This document shows, piece after piece, positions 28,995-38,683 of a stretch of DNA of 64,000 bases (its first letter is position 1; every line of letters begins with the position of its first letter). The translations under genes were made by a program, and so were the position numbers. This DNA comes from a virus: positions 1 to 64,000 of the IMG/VR virus record IMGVR_UViG_3300027806_000001. The stretch is one strand, 5' to 3'. Under the pieces are notes generated by a model. The model worked only from the letters and a program-made list of their open reading frames with translations, searched no databases and had not been told where the DNA came from.

Positions 28995-29177
28995 TCAGCC
29001 TCCCTGGTTTTCCTGCAGCTGGTGGGTGAGCGAGGCGATGGTGGCCTCGGTTTCGGCCACCTCGTTGTCGATCGCCACCACCTCGTTCAAGTCCCCGAGC
29101 TGATGAAGCACGACCCTCTTGCTCTTGAGGGCCGCGACCTTGTTTTTCAGAATGTCGATCAGCTTGGGTATGGTCAT
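28995..29177 (-). CDS. 60-aa coiled-coil protein
   Basis: Two amphipathic helices; packed 4 nt after the 877-aa gene. Confidence 0.65.
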   Translation of the reverse strand: MTIPKLIDILKNKVAALKSKRVVLHQLGDLNEVVAIDNEVAETEATIASLTHQLQENQGG

Positions 29178-29181
29178 GGTA

Positions 29182-31815
29182 TCACCAGAAGAGCAGGCAC
29201 CTGAAGCACTCGGCGAAGGAGGCGCGGTTCAGCCACAGGTACTTGAGGCCGTCCTTGGTCTCGAAGATCTCCATCCTGTTGCCGAGGATCGCCGTGGGAG
29301 CGGCGTACGGGTAGATCGTGGCGCCGTTGACGTTGGCGGTCACGACGTTGAGGCTGTAGACGCGCTGCGTGTTGTCCTTGTGGAAGTAGATGCGGTCGCG
29401 GCCGTCGTAGGCCGTCATGGTGCCAGTGGTCAGCGTTTCCGTCAGCGGGGACGTCGGCATCAGGGCGAACCGGTCGGTCGTGACGTCCCAGCGGTCGAAT
29501 CCGGTGACAGCGCCGCCGCGGGTGCAGTACATGTACCTGCCGCGGTACTCCGGATCCGAGGTGCCGAAGGCCCAGTTGGCGTTTGCGCCGGTACCCTTGG
29601 CCGTTGGCTCCAGGATGACGTACGTCGTCGCGTTGGCCGTCGGAGCCGTGATCGTTCCGACGGTCAGGGTGTTGCTGGTGTTGGAGGCGATGGCCACCTC
29701 GATCGGACCGCCGGTCGTGCTGGTGATGCGGCAGCGCTTGCCGGCGTGGATGTTGACCACCCAGTTCTTGGTGGTGTCGATCACCGTCGTGGTGGTGCCG
29801 CCGGTCGCGACGCCGGAGTCGGTCGCGCCGATCGCGCTGGTGGAGCAGATGACGTACCTGCTGATGCCGTTGGCGGAGGTCGTGACAGTGTTGGCGAAGG
29901 TGAGCGTGGTCGCCGTGTTGCTGGCGATTCGAACAATCTGGCCTGTAGTGGCGCCTGAGGCCGCCGTCGGCGTCGCGGTGTACATGTAGACCAGGCGGCC
30001 TGCATGTTCGTTCGTACCCCAGGCCTTGCTGGCGTCGGTAAGCGTGGTGGTGGTCTGCGTACCGGGAATGGTCGTGGCAGCCGGAGTGCCGGCCATGGTG
30101 TAGGTGAAGGTGGTGGCCGACGGAACCGTGGCGATCGCAACGTTGGTGACGTTGAAGTTGGCGTCGGTGGCGCCGCGGACCGTGACGAGCTCGCCGACTC
30201 GGAACTGGTGGGGATGAGCGGTCGTGACCGTGGCCGTGGTGGTGGCGTTGGCCAGCGTGGTGATGGCGATCGGCTGGTATCCGGCGACCGAGGCCGAGGC
30301 GCTGCGGGCGATGCCCCAGTCCAGCTGGCGGCCGAAAGTCTGCACCTGGGACGAGAAGTTGATGATCGGAACGGCCGCGATGCCGCCGGTAAAGAGATAC
30401 GCCTTGTCAGGGTCGCCCTGAATGGCATAGATCGAGGTGTTGTCCGGGTTGGTCGCCCAGGCTCCGACCACGGTGATGGCTGTGGATGTGTTGCTGGCGA
30501 TGGGCAGCACCTGGCCGGCGCCGGTGCCGGCGAGGATTCGCACGGCATAGTTGGCCCAGCGGTTGACGCTCCAGCTCTTGGTCGAATCGGTCAGCGTGGA
30601 GGCGCCGCCCGAAGTGGCCGTGCCTGCGTCGAATCCGACGATGTGGTATCGGGTGGTCTCCGTGGGGGCGGTTCCTGCCGTGAGCCAGGTCAGCGTGGTG
30701 CCGGTGTTGCTCGAGATCTCCCTAATCTGGCCTGCGCCGGTGCCGGAGTAGAGGTAGACCCAGTAGCCTGCCCACTCGTTCGTGTCCCATGCCTTTCGGT
30801 CGACACCCATGGAGGCGTCGATAAGCGTGGTGGTGGTGCCTCCGGTGGCCATGCCGTTCGCCCAGATGCTGGCGTTCTCCGACGTGCGCTCCAGCGACAG
30901 GTCGGTGGCGGCGGCGGCCAGGATGTTGGTCATCGTGGGCAGGATGTACCAGGTATCGCGAAGGATGTCGTAGAGCTGGATCGTGTAGAACGGGGCCGTG
31001 GCCGTCGCCGCGTTTGCGGTCGTCAGCATGATCATTCCGGACTGGATTCGGAAGACCGAGGTCGTGTCGGGCGTGACCGCCCACGGCGAGTCGACGGTGA
31101 CGACCTGGGACTCGATCGCGTAGGTCGACTGGGCGCCGACCGCCACGCCGATGGCGGGATTGAAGACGGCCGGGTTGTTGAGACGCATGTTCATCTGCGT
31201 CGAGTCGCCCATGACAATGTTGTTCGAGGTGTTCGACAGGATCTGCCGGTACTGGCCGACGCCGGCGTTCGCGGTGATGCGAAGGTTGTAGCCGGCCCAC
31301 TGGTTTACGGCCCAGGTCTTGACCGTGTCCTGCATGGTTATGTTGCCGAGGACGTTCGACACGGCGGTCGCGATTCCGCTGTCGTGCACGACCGGTTCCG
31401 CCACGTTGACGATCTTGCGGCGCTGGCCTGCGCCGGTGCCGGAGACGATGACGACGTCGTAGTCGAGCATCGCCTCCATGAAGACGGCAGGGACCGTCAC
31501 GGTGCTGGAGCCCGCGGCAATGACCTTACCCTCAGGGCCGTACGCGCCCGCCAGCTTCATGGCCGAGAAGTTGAACGGCGCCAGCGGGGGAGGCGTAAGG
31601 AGCTGGTACATGTCCGTCCACGTGTCGTACCGGACGAACTGCGTCGCACTGATCAGGTAGTAGAGGTATCGCCCGTGCTCGGTCTGCAGGAAGTCGGGGT
31701 TGTCTGCGGAGCAGGTCGAGGACACGGCCGAGGAGACCGCCGGGGCAAAGCGGCACCACTCCCACACGGGGAGATCGACCTGCTTTACGAGAGTGTTGGA
31801 AGTCAGGGCGGGCAT
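29182..31815 (-). CDS. virion appendage protein with six internal beta-repeats, 877 aa
   Basis: Repeats of type ATGGTTTTLID...W..N.WAG..V.I..GTGAGQ.R.I.SNT; flanking YDTWTD / FDRWDVTTD blades suggest a split propeller. Confidence 0.65.
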   Translation of the reverse strand: MPALTSNTLVKQVDLPVWEWCRFAPAVSSAVSSTCSADNPDFLQTEHGRYLYYLISATQFVRYDTWTDMYQLLTPPPLAPFNFSAMKLAGAYGPEGKVIAAGSSTVTVPAVFMEAMLDYDVVIVSGTGAGQRRKIVNVAEPVVHDSGIATAVSNVLGNITMQDTVKTWAVNQWAGYNLRITANAGVGQYRQILSNTSNNIVMGDSTQMNMRLNNPAVFNPAIGVAVGAQSTYAIESQVVTVDSPWAVTPDTTSVFRIQSGMIMLTTANAATATAPFYTIQLYDILRDTWYILPTMTNILAAAATDLSLERTSENASIWANGMATGGTTTTLIDASMGVDRKAWDTNEWAGYWVYLYSGTGAGQIREISSNTGTTLTWLTAGTAPTETTRYHIVGFDAGTATSGGASTLTDSTKSWSVNRWANYAVRILAGTGAGQVLPIASNTSTAITVVGAWATNPDNTSIYAIQGDPDKAYLFTGGIAAVPIINFSSQVQTFGRQLDWGIARSASASVAGYQPIAITTLANATTTATVTTAHPHQFRVGELVTVRGATDANFNVTNVAIATVPSATTFTYTMAGTPAATTIPGTQTTTTLTDASKAWGTNEHAGRLVYMYTATPTAASGATTGQIVRIASNTATTLTFANTVTTSANGISRYVICSTSAIGATDSGVATGGTTTTVIDTTKNWVVNIHAGKRCRITSTTGGPIEVAIASNTSNTLTVGTITAPTANATTYVILEPTAKGTGANANWAFGTSDPEYRGRYMYCTRGGAVTGFDRWDVTTDRFALMPTSPLTETLTTGTMTAYDGRDRIYFHKDNTQRVYSLNVVTANVNGATIYPYAAPTAILGNRMEIFETKDGLKYLWLNRASFAECFRCLLFW

Positions 31816-31824
31816 CTGTTTGTC

Positions 31825-32292
31825 CTATGAGAAGATGAGCTTCGAGCGAATGCCGTTTGCGTAGGCGTTCCTGGCGATGTTGATGTACTGCTCGCGGTCC
31901 ATGCCGGCGACGGTGGTCAGGTTGGTAACGGTGGTGACGCCGGCCAGAATTCCGGTCGAGTCCGTGGGCATGGTGACTCGCAGGACGCCGGCCGTAGTGC
32001 CAGCTCCCGTGAGGGTAAAAGGGGCGTAGCCGGCGGCGTCAACGTTGACTCGCTGCCGCTGGGCGGAGTCCACCGTGGCGTTCGACTCCAGGAGCTTGAC
32101 GATGCGACTCAGCATGACCAGGAGGTTGTCCGTCCGATCGGCCACGGCCGGCATCGGGTTGGCCGAACTGACGTCGACGGCAGTGCCGTCGGGGCCCACG
32201 CCGACCTTGATCCGCTGGTGCAGGACGCCGCCGATCTCGTCTGCCGCGACCGTCGCTCCTGATCCTGGTGTATATCCGACATTATCGGCCAT
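31825..32292 (-). CDS. appendage-cassette protein, 155 aa
   Basis: MADNVGYTPGSGATVAADEIGGVLHQRIKV...VSSANPMP N-terminus; first gene of the cassette. Confidence 0.6.
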   Translation of the reverse strand: MADNVGYTPGSGATVAADEIGGVLHQRIKVGVGPDGTAVDVSSANPMPAVADRTDNLLVMLSRIVKLLESNATVDSAQRQRVNVDAAGYAPFTLTGAGTTAGVLRVTMPTDSTGILAGVTTVTNLTTVAGMDREQYINIARNAYANGIRSKLIFS

Positions 32293-32301
32293 GGTTCATT
32301 C

Positions 32302-35300
32302 CTAGTACTTGAAGTAGAGGTCGCCGTCGGACCCCAGGCCGGCGCCGGGGGTGGTGGTGCCGCTGAAGACCTTTGGAATCCTGTTTCCGTTGTTGTTGAT
32401 ATTACCCGAGGCGCTGACCAGGTTCAAGTCGCCTGCCCCGGTCTCGATGACGCCGTTCGTCGTGTCGTGGTTCAACCGCATGAAGTGGTTGGCATTCGAG
32501 CTGCCCCGGCCGTAGAGGTAAAGCGTCGGGTCGGCGTGGTCGATCGTTGGAACACGGTTCGCGCCTCCTCGCTCGTTGTTCTGAACGATAACGAGCGCGC
32601 CACTGCTTCCTGCGTTCTGACTGCCAAGGAGCAGACCAATCGTCATGCACCCTTGACTGCTTGCCTCTTGATATGAGAGCGTGTACCAGTTCGCGCCGCC
32701 CAAAGCAAAGTCAATCGCGTTTCCCATTCTCCATGGTGTGTTACAAAGGAAGCCACCAGCGGTTGTGCTGCCATCGGAGTTCCTGCGCGTTCCGAGAGTG
32801 ACACCAGAACCCCAGGATGTACCGTCAACCGTCATGGCGAAGTCGGTCGATGCAGTCCCGTTCGTACCGATGCGCACCGTGCCGTTGGTCGAGTTGCTCA
32901 GAAACTCGCCGTTCCCCATCACGATCGCGCCGCTGCCCGCCGTGCCGACCGTGAGGGTTTCGGTCGCAGAGTCGTATGTCAGCCCCGCGTCGCCCGCGAA
33001 CGCACCGGCGTTGTTGAACTGGATCTGCCCGCTGCTGCCGCCAGGGCTGCCGCTGCCGCCGGAGACCGTGGCCCACTGCAAGGTGGCATCGTTTCCGGTC
33101 ACTGATGCGATCTGCAGCACCTGGTTGGCCGTGCCGACGGCAGCAGGCATGGTGTAGATGTTGCTGTTCGTGACCGAGGAGGGGGACCGCAGGGCGACGT
33201 AGGTCGAGGTGCTGCTACCGAGGCGGAGCTGGCCCTGGGAGCCGACCTGCAGGTGACTGCCATCGAAGGTGAACGCCGAGGACGCCGCCAGGGCGCCCGA
33301 GGAATTGTACTGGACCTGGTTGGTCGATCCGGCCACCAGGCCCACCGTGCCGCTGGCGTTGGGCAGGGTGATGGTGCGGTTGGCGCCAGGGTCGGCTGCC
33401 TGCAGCCTGGTGGTGAAGGAATTGGCCGTAGCTCCCTCGAACAGGATGCCGACGTCCAACGAGTCGGTTCCGTCCGTGCTGTAGGTGCCCAGGTAGAGGT
33501 TTCCACCGGTGACGCGAACCTGCCCAGCGCCATCCACAGCGTTGGTGACCTGCAGCTGAGCCATGGTTCCGCCCAGGCTGCCCAGCGAGGTGGTAGGGGC
33601 GATCGTCAGGTTTCCGCCCGGCGAGATCGTCAGGCTGTTTGTCGAGCCGCTGTTGGTGGTGATCGACGAAGTCGTGTTGCCCAGCCGGAGCGTCGGATTG
33701 CGCAGCGCCGCGGTGCCGGTCGTGGCCCCGAGGGTAAGGGCGGTGGCGGCTCCTCCGATGTTCAGATTGGTTACGAACGTGTTGAACAGGTTGCCAAGGC
33801 CGGACGTGACCGTGGTGGCAAGGGTGGCGGTGCCCAGGGAGTTGGCCCGGATCGTCAGCGTAGAGTCGCCGGAGGTCGTGCCGATGTTGACCGATGCCGC
33901 GGCTCCGCCCAGGTTGATGGTGGAGGCGCCGCCGGTGGCCATGTTCAGGGTGCCGGTGGTGATGCCGGTGAACAGGTTGACTATGCCGGTGGTGACGTTG
34001 ACGTCCAGGTTCGACGTGCCTGCGGCGATGCCGTTCAAGGTTACCGTGTTGCCGGTAATGTTCGTGCCCAGCCTGATGGTCGGGGCCGCGGCCGCGGCCG
34101 CGGCGATTCGCACGTCTACCGAGGTGGCAGCAAGATTGAAGTTCGACGAGGAGCTGGTGATGTCTCCGCCGTTGACCGCCAGGTCGCCCGCGACGGTCAG
34201 CTCGGACGTGCCGCTGTTGTAGGTCAGGCCGGAATGCCCTCCCAAAGCGCCGCCGTTGTTGAACTGCACCTGGGTCGTGGAGCCGCTGGCTGTGACGGCC
34301 AGGGTGCCGGCGGACAGCGACAGGTTGGATCCGACGGAGATCTCCTCCACCGAACCTGCGGCAGCCGTGGTCCGGCCAAGGATCCTCGCCGTGTTGATGT
34401 TCTGGAACTTGGCGAAGGTGACGGCCTGGTTGGCGATCGTAGTCGTGTTGGAATTGACGCTGGCGGTGACATCGCCGCTCAAGGCTGCCCGCTCGAACGA
34501 CACCTGGCCGGCGGTCACCCAGTTGGCCGAGACAGTGTTGGAGTTGCCAACCACCCGTTCGTTGGTCAAGGTGGCATCCGCGGTGCGAACCAGGTAGTCG
34601 ACCGTGGTGGGGGCGCCGCCGCCTCCGCCGGAGACCGTGGCCCACTGCAGGGTGGCGTCGTTGCCGGACACCGAGGCTATCTGCAGCACCTGGCCGTTGG
34701 AGCCCACCACATCCGGCAGCGTGTAGATGTTGCTGTTCGCAACGCTGGACGGCGAACGGAGCGCGACGAACGTGGCTCCGCTGCTGCCGAGGCGGAGCTG
34801 GCCCTGGGAGCCGACCTGGACATTGGAGCCGTCGAAGGTGAAGACCGAGGAGGCTGTCAGGGCGTTCGAGGAGTTGTACTGGACCTGGCCCGTCGAGCCG
34901 CTGGCCGTGACGGCCAGGGTGCCGGCGGACAAGGACAGGTTGGCTCCGGCCGACAGCTCCTCGACCACCCCGGCGCCTGCCGTGGTCCGGCCCAGGATCC
35001 TGGCCGTGGCAACGTTCTGGATCTTGGCGTAGGTGATCTGGCTGTCGCCGATGCCGGCGGTCGCGAGGGTGCCGAAGCCAAGGGTGGTGCCGCTGAGCCT
35101 GAGCACCTGGCCGTCGACCGTGGCCTGAATGTCGGCCGGATCTCCAGCAGTGGCTGCAGCGCGCCCGATGACCGAATTTGCAGCGCTGTCTCGGATCGCA
35201 GTATTGGTGACGGCATTGGCGGCAATTCCGGGATCGGGGTAGGTGCCGGTCAGAGAGCCGCCGGCCGCCCCGGTCGGCGTCCTGGAATTGGTGAGCCTGC

Positions 35301-36510
35301 TGTCGTTGCCCTCGCAGAAAGTTCCGGTCGTGGAGCCGAAGGATCCGGCCTGCAAGACGCCGCCGGTGCCGGTGATGATCGGCAGGCTGGCGGTCGAGCC
35401 GATGGCGCCGGCATTGGTGATGTTGCCGTGCGTGTGGCTGGATGCGGCAAGACCGGCCTCGGCCGCGGTCTGGTTCTTCCAGAGGCCGCTCGAAAGGTCG
35501 TAGGCCAGCAGGTCGTTGTCCGCCGGCGAAGCGCCGATCAGGACGTCGTGCAGCTCGTCCAGCTCCTGGCCGTTGATGACCTTGACGTAGGCTCGGCCAG
35601 CTGCGCCGTTGCTGGCGTCTTGCACCCAGCCGAGGAACACCAGGTGCGCGGGCTGGACCGGCTTCGTGGTCGTCCAGTTTCCGGCCGTCTGCGAAAGCCA
35701 CAGCGCGTTGCCGTTGACGAACGTGCCAGTGGGCAGGTTGCTCAGGCCGGTCAGCAGGCCCTGGGTGATGATGTAGCCGCTGACGGTGTTCGTGATCGTC
35801 TCGGCCGCCACGCCGATGGTGGTGGCTGCGGTCAGCTCGCTGTCCGCGTCCGCCAGCTCGACCGTCAGGTGGGTGCCCTGGCTGCCGACGATGTAGACGA
35901 CCTGGCCCTTGGTGATGGTGCCGGCGCTGGCCTTGCGCACGATCTTCATCAGGGCCTCGTTGGCCGGGCTCTGGTAGGTGCCGGTGACGACGTTGACGCC
36001 GGAGATCGTGCCGCCGGTCAGGGCGACGGCGTTGGCGTCCTGGGTGGCGACGGTGCCAAGGCCGAGGGTGGTCCTCTGGGCGACGTTGTCGAGGTCGTCC
36101 AGCAGGGCCTTGCCTGCCGCGGTGATGTCCCCGCCGAGCTTGCTGGTGCCGATCGCACCCGGGGCGACCGTCGGATTGGGGTAGTTTCCGCTGAGGTCGC
36201 CGCCGGCTGCGCCGCTAGGGGATCCGCCGGCGGTCGAGTTGACCCACTTCTGCAGGCTGGCGTTGTAGACCAGGGCCTGGCCGTCGGCCAGGGTGCCGAG
36301 GTTCAGCTGGACGTCCTTGAGGGAGGCCAGGAACGCTTCGGCGTCCATGTAGTCGAGGTCACGCCACGCCGTGATGCCGTCGCCGACCTTGAGCAGGTCG
36401 TTGGTCTCGTCGTAGACAGGCTCTCCCCGCCCGTACACCCGGTTGGTGGCGTACAGGTTGGCGTAGGTGTCCCTGCGGATTCGCAGGCGGGCCAGCAGGG
36501 TGGTCGGCAT
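32302..36510 (-). CDS. long fibre protein with Mtd-N-like N-terminus, 1402 aa
   Basis: RLRIRRDT...GEPVYDETNDLLKVGDGITAWRDLDY N-terminus; Gly/Ser/Thr-rich modular shaft with internal duplications. Confidence 0.8.
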   Translation of the reverse strand: MPTTLLARLRIRRDTYANLYATNRVYGRGEPVYDETNDLLKVGDGITAWRDLDYMDAEAFLASLKDVQLNLGTLADGQALVYNASLQKWVNSTAGGSPSGAAGGDLSGNYPNPTVAPGAIGTSKLGGDITAAGKALLDDLDNVAQRTTLGLGTVATQDANAVALTGGTISGVNVVTGTYQSPANEALMKIVRKASAGTITKGQVVYIVGSQGTHLTVELADADSELTAATTIGVAAETITNTVSGYIITQGLLTGLSNLPTGTFVNGNALWLSQTAGNWTTTKPVQPAHLVFLGWVQDASNGAAGRAYVKVINGQELDELHDVLIGASPADNDLLAYDLSSGLWKNQTAAEAGLAASSHTHGNITNAGAIGSTASLPIITGTGGVLQAGSFGSTTGTFCEGNDSRLTNSRTPTGAAGGSLTGTYPDPGIAANAVTNTAIRDSAANSVIGRAAATAGDPADIQATVDGQVLRLSGTTLGFGTLATAGIGDSQITYAKIQNVATARILGRTTAGAGVVEELSAGANLSLSAGTLAVTASGSTGQVQYNSSNALTASSVFTFDGSNVQVGSQGQLRLGSSGATFVALRSPSSVANSNIYTLPDVVGSNGQVLQIASVSGNDATLQWATVSGGGGGAPTTVDYLVRTADATLTNERVVGNSNTVSANWVTAGQVSFERAALSGDVTASVNSNTTTIANQAVTFAKFQNINTARILGRTTAAAGSVEEISVGSNLSLSAGTLAVTASGSTTQVQFNNGGALGGHSGLTYNSGTSELTVAGDLAVNGGDITSSSSNFNLAATSVDVRIAAAAAAAPTIRLGTNITGNTVTLNGIAAGTSNLDVNVTTGIVNLFTGITTGTLNMATGGASTINLGGAAASVNIGTTSGDSTLTIRANSLGTATLATTVTSGLGNLFNTFVTNLNIGGAATALTLGATTGTAALRNPTLRLGNTTSSITTNSGSTNSLTISPGGNLTIAPTTSLGSLGGTMAQLQVTNAVDGAGQVRVTGGNLYLGTYSTDGTDSLDVGILFEGATANSFTTRLQAADPGANRTITLPNASGTVGLVAGSTNQVQYNSSGALAASSAFTFDGSHLQVGSQGQLRLGSSTSTYVALRSPSSVTNSNIYTMPAAVGTANQVLQIASVTGNDATLQWATVSGGSGSPGGSSGQIQFNNAGAFAGDAGLTYDSATETLTVGTAGSGAIVMGNGEFLSNSTNGTVRIGTNGTASTDFAMTVDGTSWGSGVTLGTRRNSDGSTTAGGFLCNTPWRMGNAIDFALGGANWYTLSYQEASSQGCMTIGLLLGSQNAGSSGALVIVQNNERGGANRVPTIDHADPTLYLYGRGSSNANHFMRLNHDTTNGVIETGAGDLNLVSASGNINNNGNRIPKVFSGTTTPGAGLGSDGDLYFKY
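33060..34890. repeat. internal duplication in the fibre gene, about 260 bp (approx. 33060-33320 and 34630-34890)
   Basis: Both copies encode QVQYNSS.AL.ASS.FTFDGS..QVGSQGQLRLGSS..T.VALRSPSSV.NSNIYT.P..VG...QVLQIASV.GNDATLQWATVSGG. Confidence 0.85.
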
Positions 36511-37814
36511 CAGGCGGCTCCTCCGTCTATGTCCGGAACGTCGTCGACGGTAAAGGCGTCGCCGCCATCGAGATCCAGATCACCGGGGATAAGTATTGTA
36601 CTTGGAACCCAGGTGGAGGTCGCCGAATCCCACGTCAGGGTCTGCCCCTGGGTCGGAGCGACGGCCGACACCGAGCGGTTCTGTATCTTCGCCACCGTGG
36701 GGTTCGGATAGGTGCCGCTGAGGTCGCCTCCGGCCGTGCTCGGAGGAAGCACCGGAGCGGCGGGAACCCAGGACAATCCGTTCCAGGTCAGGACGTTGTC
36801 GACCGCCGGTGCCGTGGGGGACACCAGCCGGCCCTGCAGGCCCACCACGGTCGGATTCGGGTAAGTGCCGCTGAGATCTCCTCCTGCGGCTCCGGAACTA
36901 CCTCCCCCTCCTCCGCCTGTGCCAGGAGTGAACGGCACCTGCGGAGGAATGACCGAGATGCCGGTGGGGCCTGGCAGCGGGGCGGGCTTGATGACGTCGA
37001 CCGAGATGTCCGGATCCCTGGTCGACGAGATGATCAGCGAGATGGTGTCGGTGAGCGGCAGCTCCCGCATCTGCAGCTTGGCCGCCACGGGGTAGTAGGC
37101 CATGCGGCCCACCACCGAGTACTCCCTGACCTCGTAGGCCCGGGACGTGTCGGCCTCGAGCCAGATGTCCTTGGCCTCCGCCACGGGATTGGCCAGGCAC
37201 CGCACCACCAGCTCGCGCACGTCCGCGGTGCCTATCTTGGTAATATTGGCGTGCCTGGTCTCCTGGTTCTCGATCAGCACCGGGAAGGGTACACCGGGGA
37301 AGTACCCGTCGACGTACCCGGTGCCGGCGCACTTCAGGCAGGCCGAGCTGACCAGGATGCCGGTGTTCTTGTCGGTGCACTCGCAGGTCGGGCCGTAGTA
37401 CCTGCGCTTGAACAGGTAGCCCTGGACTCCGCCCCGCTCCTTGCGCAGGGCAAGGTTCTCCTTGCGGACGAGCTCCTTAAGCAGGCCGGCGTTGATCCCG
37501 GGGATGTTGCCCTCGAGGCCCTTGTTCCTCGAGACGTACTCGCCGGCCGGGGTCTTCAGGCGGACCCGATAGTAGGCCTGGCTGGCAATCGACGCATCGC
37601 GGAAGACGCGGTCGGTAAGGAAGGGGACGCGGTCGCCCTCGTCCAGGACCTGGAACTCGCCGGTATCAAAGCCGGACTGGCTGCGGGCGAACTCGAGGCT
37701 GAAGACGTGGGGGAACGGATCGTCGAACCGCGGGTCCAGCTTCCACGAGACCATCGTGCGGCCGAGGCCGTCGTACGAAACCGACAGGTCTTGGAAGGGC
37801 TGGCCCTGGATCAT
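36510..37814 (-). CDS. neck/head-closure protein with C-terminal fibre-type repeats, 434 aa
   Basis: Central YLFKRRYYGPTCEC...CLKCAGTGYVDGY; follows the adaptor; C-terminal AGGDLSGTYPNPTV x2. Confidence 0.6.
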   Translation of the reverse strand: MIQGQPFQDLSVSYDGLGRTMVSWKLDPRFDDPFPHVFSLEFARSQSGFDTGEFQVLDEGDRVPFLTDRVFRDASIASQAYYRVRLKTPAGEYVSRNKGLEGNIPGINAGLLKELVRKENLALRKERGGVQGYLFKRRYYGPTCECTDKNTGILVSSACLKCAGTGYVDGYFPGVPFPVLIENQETRHANITKIGTADVRELVVRCLANPVAEAKDIWLEADTSRAYEVREYSVVGRMAYYPVAAKLQMRELPLTDTISLIISSTRDPDISVDVIKPAPLPGPTGISVIPPQVPFTPGTGGGGGGSSGAAGGDLSGTYPNPTVVGLQGRLVSPTAPAVDNVLTWNGLSWVPAAPVLPPSTAGGDLSGTYPNPTVAKIQNRSVSAVAPTQGQTLTWDSATSTWVPSTILIPGDLDLDGGDAFTVDDVPDIDGGAA

Positions 37815-38671
37815 ACGTCGCTATACGGTCCCGGCAGCCAGACGAAGCCGCCCATGATGTTCGCCTCGAACTTGCGCTCCATGCAGAAGCGTTCGAAGTT
37901 GGCCAGGGCCTGCTCCCCCATCTGGATGTAGGCAGGCCCCTTGTTCTTGTCGTCGACCGAGAGGCCGCCCGAGCTGTAGGCCAGCTGGTTGCGCACGTAG
38001 CTGCGGCCGGCCAGGATCAGCAGGTGGCCGATCGTGGCGGAGATGTGCTGCTGCCTCCAAGGGAAGTCTGCGATGTCGTACTGGCCGACGTCCGGGGTCA
38101 TCTCGTTCCAGATCTCGACGGGCTTGGAGATGCAGTAGGCGATCTCGTTGTCCGAGAACTCCACGTCGCTCAGCAGGCTGTTCAGCTCGGGGTAGTCCCT
38201 GAGGTTGAACCGCACCTCGGCGACCGTGACCGGGCGCTTGACCGAGGTGATCCTGGGGCTGATCTCGAGGTACCGCGGCGACTGGTAGAGCAGCTTGCCG
38301 TCGAGGTTGTACACCTGGATGGCGGCCAGGTGCAGGCCCGGGGCCTGCATGATGCCGTCGGGGATGAAGACCTCGATCTCGCCGTAGTCCGGCCGGACCA
38401 CCGAGCAGTCGACCTCGGCGTAGTCCGCCGAGAACAGGGAGGCCCGCACCACGTAGACGATCCGCATGTCCACGATGTTGAGCGGGTTGTTGTCCGGGGT
38501 GAAGACGTGGGTGCGGAAGAAGGCCGGGCCGTTCTCCGGGACCTGGTCGACCGGAAGCTGGTTGGACTTGGACCGGTAGGGGCTGGCCGGGATGCGGTGG
38601 CGGTTGGCGCCGACCACCACGGCCACCGGGCCCAGGATCACGCTGCTCTGTGTGCTTGGGTACTGAGGCAT
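37811..38671 (-). CDS. head-tail adaptor (neck) protein with N-terminal Ig/BppU-like domain, 286 aa
   Basis: VAEVRFNLRDYPELNSLLSDVEFSDNEI...RNQLAYSSGGLSVDDKNK resembles adaptor folds; position after the capsid genes. Confidence 0.6.
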   Translation of the reverse strand: MPQYPSTQSSVILGPVAVVVGANRHRIPASPYRSKSNQLPVDQVPENGPAFFRTHVFTPDNNPLNIVDMRIVYVVRASLFSADYAEVDCSVVRPDYGEIEVFIPDGIMQAPGLHLAAIQVYNLDGKLLYQSPRYLEISPRITSVKRPVTVAEVRFNLRDYPELNSLLSDVEFSDNEIAYCISKPVEIWNEMTPDVGQYDIADFPWRQQHISATIGHLLILAGRSYVRNQLAYSSGGLSVDDKNKGPAYIQMGEQALANFERFCMERKFEANIMGGFVWLPGPYSDV

Positions 38672-38683
38672 GGCGAACCCGGG

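Noticed and set aside
28054-36510. Diversity-generating retroelement, suggested by Mtd-N-like domains
   Set aside because: No reverse transcriptase and no adenine-specific template/variable repeat pair. The fibre duplications differ mainly at synonymous sites of all bases.
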